A DNA stretch of 64,000 bases from Pecten maximus (Eukaryota). A model generated the notes under the pieces. That model ran no database searches, had not been told where the DNA came from, and was given only the letters and a program-made list of their open reading frames with translations. Both the position numbers and the translations under genes were made by a program. Position 1 is the first letter of the stretch. Each line of letters starts with the position of its first letter. This document shows positions 52,056-64,000 of this stretch, piece by piece. The stretch spans positions 34,658,001 to 34,722,000 of the forward strand of contig NC_047029.1 of the NCBI RefSeq assembly GCF_902652985.1. Reading direction: 5' to 3'.

Positions 52056-53838
52056 GTAAGTTTGTTTTAAAATATAAATCAACTTAAAGTCACGTTGATT
52101 GTTCAGAGGATTGATAACTTGCAGTCTTGGACTAATCTGAAATAGTCTTTAAAGCAATTCCTGTGCGAGTCTAAAGAACTCGAGATATCGTGAGTTTTAC
52201 AATGTATATAACTTGTTTTGCTCGAGTTATATCAATAATATCAATATTTAATTGAAAAATGAATGCATTACTTTCATCTTATTGCATGTTTTCCTTGTTA
52301 CATGACCATTTTTGTTTCAACTTGTATGGATTCATTATGTATTTTAAGAAACATGAAGTGAAAAAAGCAATAAATGCGGTTAAAATTAATTGTATTATAA
52401 CATGATTTATATATTAGTATATGCTCGCTGTAATTGGATAAGTCTTGTTCAACTTAATATGACTTGATATACAAGTATATATTGGTACATGGTCGCTGTA
52501 ATTGGATAAGTACATGTTCAATGTAATATGGACAACGGCGGTTTTATCCACCCATCCACTGGAATGTTTGCAGACACAAGTAAGTGGTAAACAGATAGTG
52601 TAAGTATTTGAATATATTAAATATCTCTATGATCCTCCACTTTATCTTTGCAGTAAACACAACACGTGTAATAGTTAAGTGATCAATCTAAGAAAAACCC
52701 ACACGTCATAAACTCGCTTTAAACATTACAATAAACCGGAAGCAGCATTATAATCAGAAAATATTGATATTTTTTATCCTTCCCGTGTTTTGATATTGGT
52801 TATTCGTGTGGCTTTTTGATACCGACTGATAAAGTTATCCCCCCTCCTCCCAATAGCAACAGTGAATTTTGAAATTGTTTTGATATGTGATAACACGAAT
52901 TGGAGATTCAGTATTACAGGTATCTAACATAGCTCTTCACAGATATTTCGATGGAAGTTAGACGCTCACAAGGGACGAAACCTCTACTTTGTGACTACAC
53001 AATGCGCTGGCCGTCTTACTGCGCCAAGGTTTGTTTTTCTTCTTTTCCGAAGTATTTTCAACCCTATCGCTGCAAATTTTCTGTGATGTAATACCCTTAA
53101 AGATATGCTGTAAATCCTTTAGATTTCGTGAACTTGCGTCATCAGGCATATATGCGAATACATGATTTCGCGAAAGCCGATCTATAAATGATTTTAAATC
53201 CGCGAAGGATGAGCTATTTTGGTCATGGATTCTGCAAGACTCCTTTATGGTAACCAGTAACATGGCCGTAATACAAGTGTTATTTTGGTACAAATAATCG
53301 CGAATAATTTGAATTCGCATTTGAATTTACGCAAAAGGCAAGTGCTTTATAGCACTGATCAGACATGTTTTAAAGGAAGTAGCAGCTATCAGGTAGTTAA
53401 CATTTTCATTAGATGTAATATATGTCAACCTCGTTTCGTTGACTCCCCATTTGGCATTATGGTTTTTTTTTTTTCAAACGAGGCTCCAGTGCAGTTTTAT
53501 CGAGTTATTGATATGTAACAATCACATGACATCTTCGTTTCAGCCCGAGTGGCAGGACGGTACGCAAGAGTTAAAGGAAGGAGAGGTTCAACCAATCAAC
53601 CGGATGTATATACAGTTGTATATAGCTCATAAAAACGACGACTGAATATGGCACCTCAAATATCTGTAGTGGATTTCGAAAATAAAATAACGAACTTTTT
53701 AATTGTTTACATTTTTTAATGTTCTTTTATAAATTATTTTTGTTTTTGCTGAAAAGCACATCAGAATCATACATTGAGATATATCCATTTTAATTTACCC
53801 CAGTTCTGCTAAAAGATAATGTTAGGCGATACATTTAT

Positions 53839-55637
53839 ACAAGAGATCCCAGAGGGATCTTGGCACCCACCATTGAATGATCTTTATAGGTTCCATGTCA
53901 GATTGATCTTTTCTATACTTTTCCCTTCCTCTAAGTCTTACTAATCTGTGTAAATTCAGAAACAGCCCTCTAGTACTTTTCAAACAAAGGGAACCTATAT
54001 AACAAATTTAAGATTTAGCGATAATGGCTGTCTGTCGGCCATGCTGTTTTCAGATTGGTCCAAAAATGCAATACAAGGGACCAAGGGAAAGCTACATATG
54101 AAATTTGAGAAAGATCCTTTCCGCAATTTCTGAGAAATAGCGATAACAAACTTCAATTGTCAAAATCAAAGATGGCTGCCTCTCGGCCATGTTGTTTTCT
54201 GATCGGTCTCAAAATGCAATATGCATAACTAAGCACCAAGAGGAACCTACATGTGAAATTTGAGAAAGACCCCTTTGGTGCTTTCTGAGAAATAGCGATA
54301 ACAAACTTCAATTGTCAAAATCCAAGATAGCTGCCTGTCGGCCATGTTGTTTTCCCATTAGTCTCAAAATGCAATATGCATAACTAGGCACCAAGAGGAA
54401 CCTACATATGAAATTTGAGAAAGATCCCTTCAGTACTTTCGGAGAAATAGCGATAACAAACTTCAATTGTCAAAATCCAAGATGGCTGCCTGTCGGCCAT
54501 GTTGTTTTCTGATTGGTCTCAAAATGCAATACGCATAACTACGCACCAAGAGGAACCTACATATGAAATTTGAGAAAGATCCCTTCAGTGCTTTCTGAGA
54601 AATAGCGATAACAAACTTCAATTGTCAAAATCCAAGATGGCTGCCTGTCGGCCATGTTGTTTTCCGATTGGTCTCAAAATGCAGTATGCATAACTAGGCA
54701 CCGCGGGGAACCTACATATGAAATTTGAGAAAGATCCCTTCAATACTTTCTGAGAAATAGAAATAACAAACTTCAATTGTCAAAATCCAAGATGGCTGCC
54801 TGTCGGCCATGTTGTTTTCCGATTGGTCTCAAAATGCAAAATGCATAACTAAGCACCGAGGGGAACCTACATATGAAATTTGAGAAAGATCCCTTCAGTA
54901 CTTTCGGAGAAATATCGATAACAAACTTCAATTGTCAAAATCCAAGATGGCTGCCTGTCGGCCATGTTGTTTTGCGATTGGTCTCAAAATGCAATATGCA
55001 TAACTAGGCACCAAGAGGAACATACATGTGAAATTTGAGAAAGATCCCTTTGGTGCTTTCTGAGAAATAGCGATAACAAACTTCAATTGTCAAAATCCAA
55101 GATGGCTGCCTGTCGGCCATGTTGTTTTCTGATCGGTCTCAAAATGCAATATGCATAACTAGGCACCGAGGGGAACCTACATATGAAATTTGAGAAAGAT
55201 CCCTTCAATACTTTCTGAGAAATAGCGATAACAAACTTCAATTGTCAAAATCCAAGATGGCTGCCTGTCGGCCATGTTGTTTTCCGATTGGTCTCAAAAT
55301 GCAATATGCATAACTAGGCACCAAGAGGAACATACATGTGAAATTTGAGAAAGATCCCTTTGGTGCTTTCTGAGAAATGGCGATAACAAACTTCACTTGT
55401 CAAAATCCAAGATGGCTGCCTGTCGGCCATGTTGTTTTCCGATCGGTCTCAAAATGCAATATGCATAACTAGGAACCAAGGGGAACATATATATGAAATT
55501 TGAGAAAGATCCTTTCAGCACTTTCTGAGAAATAGCGATAACAAGAATTGTTTACGGACGGAGGGACGGAGGGACGGACGACGGTCCACGGACGCAGGGC
55601 GATTTGAATAGCCCACCATCTGATGATGGTGGGCTAA
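53839..55637. mobile_element. Full-length HINE-like element carrying about 10 tandem 155-bp core repeats
   Basis: Left end ACAAGAGATCCCAGAGGGATCTT (hairpin); CTTCA(A/C)TTGTC recurs every 155 nt from 54151 to 55391; GGAC microsatellite at about 55555-55595; right-end hairpin TAGCCCACCATC-TGAT-GATGGTGGGCTA. Confidence 0.85.
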
Positions 55638-57005
55638 TAAAGAGGATATGTCACTATGATCATGTCAGGTATCGAACCGACTATCACTGCGCCATTGAAA
55701 TGTACTTTTTGTAACGTGGATGTGGCACAGCGATATAAACCTCGGGTATTATAAATAAGCACATTATCACTGTAATGCGATTATGTGCCGTAGATCGTGA
55801 GTTCGAGACCCGGTCTGGGCAAAAATTAAACAATTTTCTTCCCTTGTCATTTGCGTTAGTATGTCATATATACATATATCTCGCGGAGGGTTGTCCAATT
55901 CTATTTGTTTGTGAAACGGCAAGTTAACTCAGGAAGGAGCAGTAACTGAATGAAGAATTTGTCAACACCCTCGACTGAATACATGTATATGGCATCAGAG
56001 GCGCTTGAGATGGAAGAATGTGAAGATCTTGTTGGGATTATTTGGAATTAAATACCAATTAGATCGCTTTGGCGTCTTCACAAATACATTTTCCTCTTTA
56101 AATTTATTCGTTTCCATTCTTATCTACATTTTATCAAATTGATTAATATGATAAACAAATGTCGGTTTTGCTTTTGGTATGTGCTTCCGATCATAGAAAT
56201 TGGAATCCCTAGCAGGTTTTGGCGACATGTATATATATATACACGAACACGTGGAGTTAACAACGTCTGACGTCATAATGAGAATGTGACGTTACATGTA
56301 AGTGTTGACGTGACCAATCAGGGTTAACAGTCTCACAAAAGATATTGCATAGTATTTTCTATGCATTACAATTGGATGATGCCTATGTGAGCCCCATTTG
56401 GGTATCAGTTTATTGCAATTCTTATTGGATGTTTTAGTAAAAGACTAGAAGAGACTAGTGATCAGACTGGAAGCTATGTATTTTAACAACTCTTATAGAA
56501 TATACATATTGTACATACATACACTGTATCTCAATAAAATTACCACCATTTTCATGACATTAGAACTTATCGTCATTTTAATGACATAACACTGTCACAA
56601 ACATTACAAAACAGCAAAATATTCTTATGCAAGACATAAAAGGATCATGTGATCGATATCGTAATTAACAACAGCATGATTAACAAATATTCAATAGATT
56701 CATAACACTACGTCATTAAAAGTAAACTAGTACATAGAACATGTAAAAGAGTACTCGAAACACCTAAACGAAAACAGTGGTCCCACTTCTTTTTCGTTAA
56801 ATGTATTTAACGTCCAATCGTATGTACCCAGGGCCTTGTCCAATGTTTATAATGGCTAATCCTTTGACCCAAAGGCCCCTTTCGAATATAAAACGTGTGT
56901 ATCATGACCACGGACCCTCTCGAATATTCAACGTCCGATCTTGAGTACCAAGGGTACTGTCAAATATTTTACGTCCTATTCTTCGTACGAACTTCTCAAA
57001 GAATA

Positions 57006-57436
57006 TCATTCTAATTAAAATATAGATGCTCATTCCCACTACGTTACATGAACATCTAACGACATCGCATAAATGGTCACGTTCTGGTAACCTTTTGTAT
57101 CTAAATATTTCACTTTCAGGGCGAAATGTCAATTTTTCCATGTCATTGATTTCACCCATTCGTCACATCAGGCATTTGAAGCTAACCATTTCGGTACAGC
57201 ATGTATATAGCTAAATGCTTCGTTTGATCAAATGACTTGAAACGAATTGACAGATTATGCAAGCTATGTACTCTATCCATGCTATTTCGCACATACAAAA
57301 TTCACCTCCAAGATTCTGTAAGTAGTAATTTGATTGATTAATCCGAAAGGTCATCCTGACGTGACCCCTTATGCGATGTCGTTAGATGTCCATTTAACGT
57401 AGTGAGAATGATCATCTAGATTTTGATTAGATTGAA
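57006..57436. mobile_element. About 430-bp element with about 75-90 bp imperfect terminal inverted repeats (MITE-like), overlapping the predicted TERT stop
   Basis: 57010-57082 (TCTAATTAAAATATAGATGCTCATTCCCACTACGTTACATGAACATCTAACGACATCGCATAAATGGTCACGT) is the reverse complement of 57359-57431 with roughly 8-9 mismatches. Confidence 0.6.
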
Positions 57437-60400
57437 AGAAAATGGTCCAGGAGCTCAATTGGCAGCTGGTCACCACACACCTTCAATAATACTGCAGGGA
57501 GCCCTTTCTCCTATTAAAACAAAAAGATGGTTAATTCAATTAATTTCAAAGTATTGTTGGAATAAATCATATGATTGATCACACAGTAAAAGAATACATT
57601 TCGCTCTGGGATTTAAACGCAGGATATATCCTTTATAACTATATCCCAGATGTTTTTTCTGAACGATTTCTCTCGAACTTTTAAAAGTTTGCCATGAAAT
57701 AACTTTGTAGAGCAGAAGGCTATTTCACACTTGTCCTTTTTACAGAGCCTATTTCACACTTGTCCTTTTTACAAAGCCTATTTTACACTTGTCCTTTTTA
57801 CAAAGCCTATTTTACACTTGTCCTTATTACAGAACCTATTTCCCGTTTGCCAATTTTATAGGGTCTATTTCACATACGTCCTTTTTATAGAACCTATTTC
57901 AAATTCGTCTTCGGTCAGGACCATCTCAGAATTATTTCAGGTAAGTTAGAGCTGAATTCCACTGGTGGAATTTACGAAGTTTGAAAAAGGTGTTGTTCAG
58001 GAAAACTATGATTGCGCAATCATGTTACCAAATGACCCCCCGTGGCTCCCATGGCAAAAAAAATACGAGGCTGAAAAATATCAACAATTGGTTGGCTCCC
58101 CTTCCTTAACAACCCTAACATATGTCAGCTCAATGGCAGGCTGTCATGGCGGCCATCTTGGATTTCGAACCGACCCGAACAAATAATAACAACACTAAAG
58201 CAGGACCATCTCAGGAGCATTTCAGGTAAGTAAGACTTGAATTCCACTTATGGAAATTTTTAAAGTTTATACGGACGATTCATGACGATCGACGTACAAA
58301 GCACGATGACTATAGGCCATCATGACTGGGTCAAATGACCCTAACATTTTTAACTGATTAAACTGAATTATCATGTTGAAGCGAAAATTTGACTTCTGCC
58401 ATATTGAATTGTACTCGTCATCAAATATGGTTATAGACAGCCATATACGGTTATAGATAGCCATTTTACTCTAAATTCTTATTAACGAACATTAATGCTC
58501 ATTTAGAAATTTCTAAAGAACACTCAACAACAGGCAAAGACAAATAAGAAAGGTAAGACAAATGAGAAAGGTCATCTGCATGAAAGCCTAAAGTATACCA
58601 AGAACTGTGTTATCACCCACCTGTGACTCGAGTCTGGCATTGACGAGCACATGTTGCTGGTTCAGTACTCGTCGTAACGTCTGGTATTGCCAGCCGTTCG
58701 TGTTCTGCTTGAGAACAACTGAGAAGCCCTGCAAGCAGATCCTGGAAAAACAAAACATCTAGTCATTCAAATATCTGGTCATTCATACCCTTTATCAAAA
58801 GAAAAGAATCAAGCTTTTATCATATTGAATTTAAAAAGAAAATTGCTAATAAATTATTACTAATAATATTATATTGTTAGAAAATCTGACAATAATGAAA
58901 TATATAAAAGTAGAAGACAAGGCATGGTAAAGTTATACTAATCACTTCGTGTGAAAGGTATGTACACCTGCCATAATTATCCTAAAGCAAGGCCAAAATG
59001 CCACAACATCTTAACTGATGTACAGGCAGTGGCAAGGTTATTGCAGGACACTATTTGACATTTCCACTAAAGTGCAATAGATGTAGGTAGCCTTATTACC
59101 AGGCATGGGCTTATTTAAATAAGTATTTCACATTAGGCAGGTAAAAAATATCTACATACCACATCACTACATCCTTGGATACATTAAATACATCTGGCTG
59201 TAAATCCTGCAAATATACATTAAACATCAGATTATATTTCATTCTTTACTCAAGTTGGACTCAATGAAACCAAATTTAATCTGTTTCATCTGTCCATGAA
59301 TTTGATTAGATTTACATCGATCTACTGGTATGAAAAAATATACAGCACAAGCCACCTGCTTCTGTCTGACCCTGAAGGTCTAACCCATACATGTACGTAC
59401 ATTAGGCGTATGTGGGGAAACATCTCAGGCCAAATTTTCAGGATGAGTTCAGAATAACATACATGTGAGATTATCATGGCTTTGGAGGAAGTGAATAGGA
59501 TTGTTCTTTTAGATCTACATAATAGGCCTCATATTAAGGTTCTAAAAAGTTTTGTCAATTTTTGTCGAGAGTGATGACTGATTTTGTGTATACTTAGAAT
59601 TAGCTCATATGCCTATTTACAATCAAAATAAATTCATAGTCGTCATTTAAACGGCCCAATTCCATCCAGATCCTGTAAATAGTACGAATGAAAGGTGGAC
59701 TGGGAATCAAGCATTCGTAACAAGGCCCTATGTGACAGGCGGTCGAAATAAACACCTCCATTTGAATCATTTTACAATCGACCAAATATAACCAAAATAT
59801 GTTAAATGTTAGAATATATACAATTTTGATAATATAATGTCAAGCAAGAGCCCAATTGGAATGTATCACTTACCTGCTACAGCAACTTTGGAATTGATCT
59901 AGATCATTTCTGCAGAAATTATGCTGATTATATATACCATATTCAAATATCAGAGTAGGCTAGGTTTATTTGTGTAAATACATTTAATATTTCAACTACG
60001 CTTGGCCTAATATCAGGTCTTGGAGACTTTTGGCTATCGAAAACCCCTTGTTTAAAAGATTTTTTAACCTATTCGACCCCTTTGACCTTGAATGAAGGCC
60101 GAGGTCATTCATTCATTTGAACAAACTTTGTAGCCCTTCAACCCAGCATAATTCAGTCCCTGGGTCTCTTGGTTATTGAGAAGTTGTTTGACTATTTTAG
60201 TATATTTGACCGGTGATCTTGAATGTAGATCAAGGTTATTCAATTGAACCAATTTGGGGGCTGATGGGCGCCCCTACAACTACGAGCATATTTTTATCAG
60301 AAATTAATGTATTTATAACATGTAGGTACATCTTTATGAAACATTCCTGATAAATCATGAGTTTGTTTCGATATACATTCTTATTTATAATTACCTTCTT

Positions 60401-63351
60401 GGTGAGATAGGCGGAAGTCTGGTGATAGAAGTAGCCACCCAGGGCCATGAGTAAATCTGAAATATTTAAGAAATTTTCATGAACACATCTTAGAAAACCA
60501 TCTCTCCTTAATTAATTTCTTGCACAACAACTGTTTTGATTCCAAAATTAGAGCATAAATTAAGCAAATGTCAGTTATTTCAAGTTTCATGAAAAAAATA
60601 AATAAAAATCGGCAGTGTTTGACTGATATACAAAGATTTCATAATCTTGAATGCTATTCACACAATATCAATAGAATTTTGTATAGTAGAAATTGCTCTT
60701 ATACAGTTTAGCTTACATATAAATTCAAAATAATGTTTGCTTGATTGATAGAATCTTTCCGTACCTTGAGGGTGTGGCAGGGAAATCTGAGGGTTGATAT
60801 TCTTGCCGGTCTAGACAGAGGCTCTACTGAGGGTTAGACAATCAAGAATACCACACCTCGTGTTGGAGATTTCTCCATCACGTCCTCAAGGTAGCAGATG
60901 ATTATTTTTCTTCCATCATTGTCTTTTTATTCATCGTCCAGTTATTGCAATGCAAGACAATGTTGACAGGCCATGACTGAATTGTTAGTGTGACATAGCT
61001 TGATATTAAGAATGTGCTTTCTGTCATACCATCAGGGGATGCTATCATCCCTGAGACCTTGGAAGTAGCTCAAAGTTTGGTTCATTATAACAATTGTAGC
61101 CATTCATCCCAGCATACAAATTGAGAAATGTAATGACTATAGGCCTCTTGGAGAAGATATTTCAAAACATTTGAACCCTTTTGACCTTGAAAGTAAGTCA
61201 AGGTCATTCATTTTCAGAAACTTTACATTGGTAGTCCTTCTTCAGCAAAATATCATGATCCCTTATTTATTTAACAGTTTTTACATCCATTATCACAGCC
61301 TTACAGCCTTTCAGCTAACAAGAAAATCAAGACATTATGAGCATGATGGTTGTGAAAAGAAATTGGTCAAAAGATTTTAACACAGGTGAGAAAATGTGAA
61401 ACTTGTCCAGCAATAATTCACTATATTTTCAGTGTTTTTCACTAAGTATGATCATGATTTTTTCCTGAAGTGGTCTTTATTCAAACTGATTATTTTGATA
61501 TTGTTTCCCTCTGAGATTATTAAGTATACCAAGGCTAAATCTGACGTGAATATTAGCAGGCATTTTTTTTATTGAATTTCTGATAACGAAAATATATCAT
61601 AAGAATATTGTGGCTTTAAACATTTAAACAGGAGCTGGTATTTTGTCAATGTTCTTACACAAGCCCTGTCTGCACTAGGGGAGCTGAAAATGATTCATTA
61701 CCTATGAAGAATGTCCCCTGGTACGTAGAATGCAGTTCATGAGGAAGGCGTCTCTGGTAGCTGTGAAATTTCAGCGCATTCAGAAGAAAAATCTTGAAGA
61801 TATTGGTTACAACTATTTCGGCTGTGTTCAGCTGAAAAATGAATGAAGGTATGCATAGTAAACTAAGGTTACAGTGCATAAGGGAAGTTTTGGAAATGTA
61901 TAAATAGTAAAACAACCAAGTTCTAGCCCAGAGAAAGATTTTATTTTAAAAAATAGCAACACGAAGTGACATTACTTAAAAAAAATCAGTTTCCATTCAA
62001 AGGAGAGACGTAATTAATTGAAGATCCGATAATTGTGAAATTGACTTTCGTAATGGTGATACTTACTTCTGTATCCATATAGATAGCATGACTTTTAGGC
62101 TTCAAAGCACTGCAATAAATCAGACATTTACAAACTATGGCGCAATGCTAAGGCTTCAAAACACTGCAATAAATCAGAGATTTATACAAGAGATCCCAGA
62201 GGGATCTTGACGCCCATCATTGAATGATCCATATCAGTCAAATGAAAGACTGATCTTTTCTCTTCTTTTCACTTCTACCACTCTTCCTTCAAAACATTTC
62301 ATAGCTTTATATAACACGATATAACAAGAGCCACCTGCAATTGTCAAAATCCAAGATGGCCACCTATCAGCCATGTTGTTTTCTGATCAGTCTCAAAATG
62401 CCTTATGCACAACTAGGGACCAAGGGAAACTCTCATACATATGAATTATGAGAAAAATCCCTTTAGGACTTTTCAAAAAATGCAACATGCACAACTAGGG
62501 ACCAAGGGGAACTGGCATATGAAATTAAAGAAAGATCCCTTCAGTACTTTCTGAGAAAAAGCAATAACAAGAATTGTTTATGGACGGACGGGCGGACGGA
62601 CAACAGACCTCAGACGCAGGTCGATTTAACATGGCCACATGACATGACAGAACGGGCCAGTTATGTGATAAAGTAAAATGTATGTAAAATTAAATTTATG
62701 ATAATACCTTTCATGACTGGCATACAAAAAGGGTTGTTTAACCAAGAAAAAACTAAGCCTGCATTGCCATTGTTCAGTTGAATACAGTAGTTATTTCAAG
62801 CTAGAACAGCTTATCTCAAGAGATTCATACATATAAACTAAACCCTTGCAGTAAAATAAATTAACCACTTCTCATTACAAAAGAAAGGTAAAAAAAATAC
62901 GTACCTCAAGAGCTTGCTCTTCAAGGTCATTAGAGGATTCAGGGTAAGGTCAAAGCTCATGGTATCCACAACAGCTGATCAGGAAGGGAAACAGTAAATA
63001 CAAACAATCTAAATAATCATCATTACAATGTCGTGGACTGATTTGTAAAATATCACAATCTGAAACAATTGACAGACAATAACTATACTAGTTTGTTTTT
63101 TCATTAACATCTTTACAAGTCTTTTTCTGAAGTTTTACAAGCAAATTATTTACTAATATATATTAATCATTGATTTCTTTAATATGAAATGCAGGTTTTT
63201 TTCCCAAATGTCAGACAGTCTATAGGCATCAAAATATACCATTTTATTAAAATAACTTTGAAATACTCACAGATGCCAGCGTACCTGCAGTAGTCTATAC
63301 CAGCCTGCAGAGTGACGCTGTTGAACAGCATACCACACCAGGGAAACCAAT
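57427..63351 (-). CDS. TERT: Telomerase reverse transcriptase, last 8 exons (RT motif E and C-terminal extension); the rest lies beyond the window
   Basis: Minus-strand exons 63351-63271 (WFPWCGMLFNSVTLQAGIDYCRYAGI, motif E FPWCG), 62974-62905 (VVDTMSFDLTLNPLMTLKSKLL), 62109-62067 (ALKPKSHAIYMDTE), 61831-61702 (LNTAEIVVTNIFKIFLLNALKFHSYQRRLP...TFFI), 60456-60395 (LLMALGGYFYHQTSAYLTKK), 59206-59160 (DLQPDVFNVSKDVVMW), 58741-58621 (ICLQGFSVVLKQ...RLESQ) and 57510-57427 (EKGLP...LPIELLDHFLSI*). Phases all match. Colinear with the vertebrate TERT C-terminal extension (KCHSLFLD..NS..TVCTNIYKILLLQAYRFH...WLCHQAF). The last exon is the least certain. Confidence 0.9.
57715..58345. mobile_element. HINE-like element with about 6 copies of a 29-bp repeat in the last TERT intron
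   Basis: CTATTTCACACTTGTCCTTTTTACAGAGC repeats at 57720-57900, a duplicated CAGGACCATCTCAG...CAGGTAAGT core (57917, 58201), a GACG tract and a terminal hairpin at about 58312-58344. Confidence 0.55.
62186..62630. mobile_element. Short copy of the 53839-55637 HINE family in a TERT intron
   Basis: Same ACAAGAGATCCCAGAGGGATCTTG...TTGAATGATC end, 1-2 degenerate 155-bp cores and a GGAC tract. Confidence 0.8.
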
Positions 63352-64000
63352 CTAAAACATACCACACCAGGGAAACCAATTTAAACAAATACCAAAGTTT
63401 TTGAAAAACTTCAACATTTTGCATTTCAATCCTATTTACCCTTATTTATCATCAAATAAGCCTGTCCCTTTGTGTAAAAGTTTAGTCTCAAATACATGTA
63501 AGCCCCCTCCTATCCTATGATATATACACTTAGTACAATATTGATTATCAAATAAGCCCTCGCTTATATCTCCTGGTATAAACATTTTTATTGCAGCTTC
63601 TGAAAAAATGTCAGAGATTAAACGGATAATATCTTTGAAAATAGTTTTTTTTACAGTGTATTTCTTTATGGGGTCTAATTATAACATAATTAAACATTAG
63701 TATCCAGACTACAAACTGCTGTAGTTTTCATTCTTTTTACTCTCTGGATTCCTTTTGTCCGGCCTTTTGATTTCCTGGTATAGGCCTTAAATCAAAGTGT
63801 GTTTCACAATGCAAATGTTTTGCCTATACTGACTCAGATTACAAAATTTTGTATGATTAGAACAGGCTACAGTACATGAAGGTATACAAATAAAATACTT
63901 TGCCAAGTAAACAGGTAGATGAATAACATCATGCTAAACTCTTTTTTCGTAGTTCACTACAGTGGGGAATAATCTTAAATTTTAAGCTTTAATAGACGCA

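Noticed and set aside
52958-53320. 120-aa minus-strand ORF
   Set aside because: No recognisable domain or exon chain; cannot be supported.
60762-60893. Imperfect palindrome (TACCTTGAGG...CCTCAAGGTA) in a TERT intron as a structured ncRNA
   Set aside because: Pairing is poor internally; it looks like a decayed palindromic transposon remnant.

Overview
AT-rich, intron-rich animal genomic DNA, probably a bivalve mollusc (inferred from Helentron/HINE-type repeats). Almost none of the ORF-track entries are whole genes, so genes were rebuilt by hand from GT-AG exons with consistent phases. Four genes are present. (1) The 3' part of the tRNA m3C methyltransferase METTL2 (+, 1134-7832). (2) A complete Alba-domain RNase P/MRP subunit RPP25-like gene (-, 11474-16290), convergent with METTL2. 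(3) A large VWDE-like extracellular protein gene (+, about 21.2-52 kb): one D8C domain followed by three tandem, phase-compatible copies of a 15-exon, 827-codon VWD/EGF module. Copy 2 is intact, copy 1 is deleted and frameshifted, and copy 3 has one frameshift. (4) The last 8 exons of telomerase reverse transcriptase TERT (-, 57427-63351). Also present: 19-, 25-, 28-, 29-, 40- and 155-bp tandem arrays, several HINE-like elements, MITE-like palindromes, tRNA-derived SINE remnants and one 100-N gap. A recurring theme is short tandem duplication of exon edges and splice sites: a splice-donor minisatellite in RPP25L, duplicated acceptors in TERT, and a METTL2 C-terminal tail built from frameshifted copies of its own coding sequence. 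Identifications rest on recognised motifs; no searches were run.
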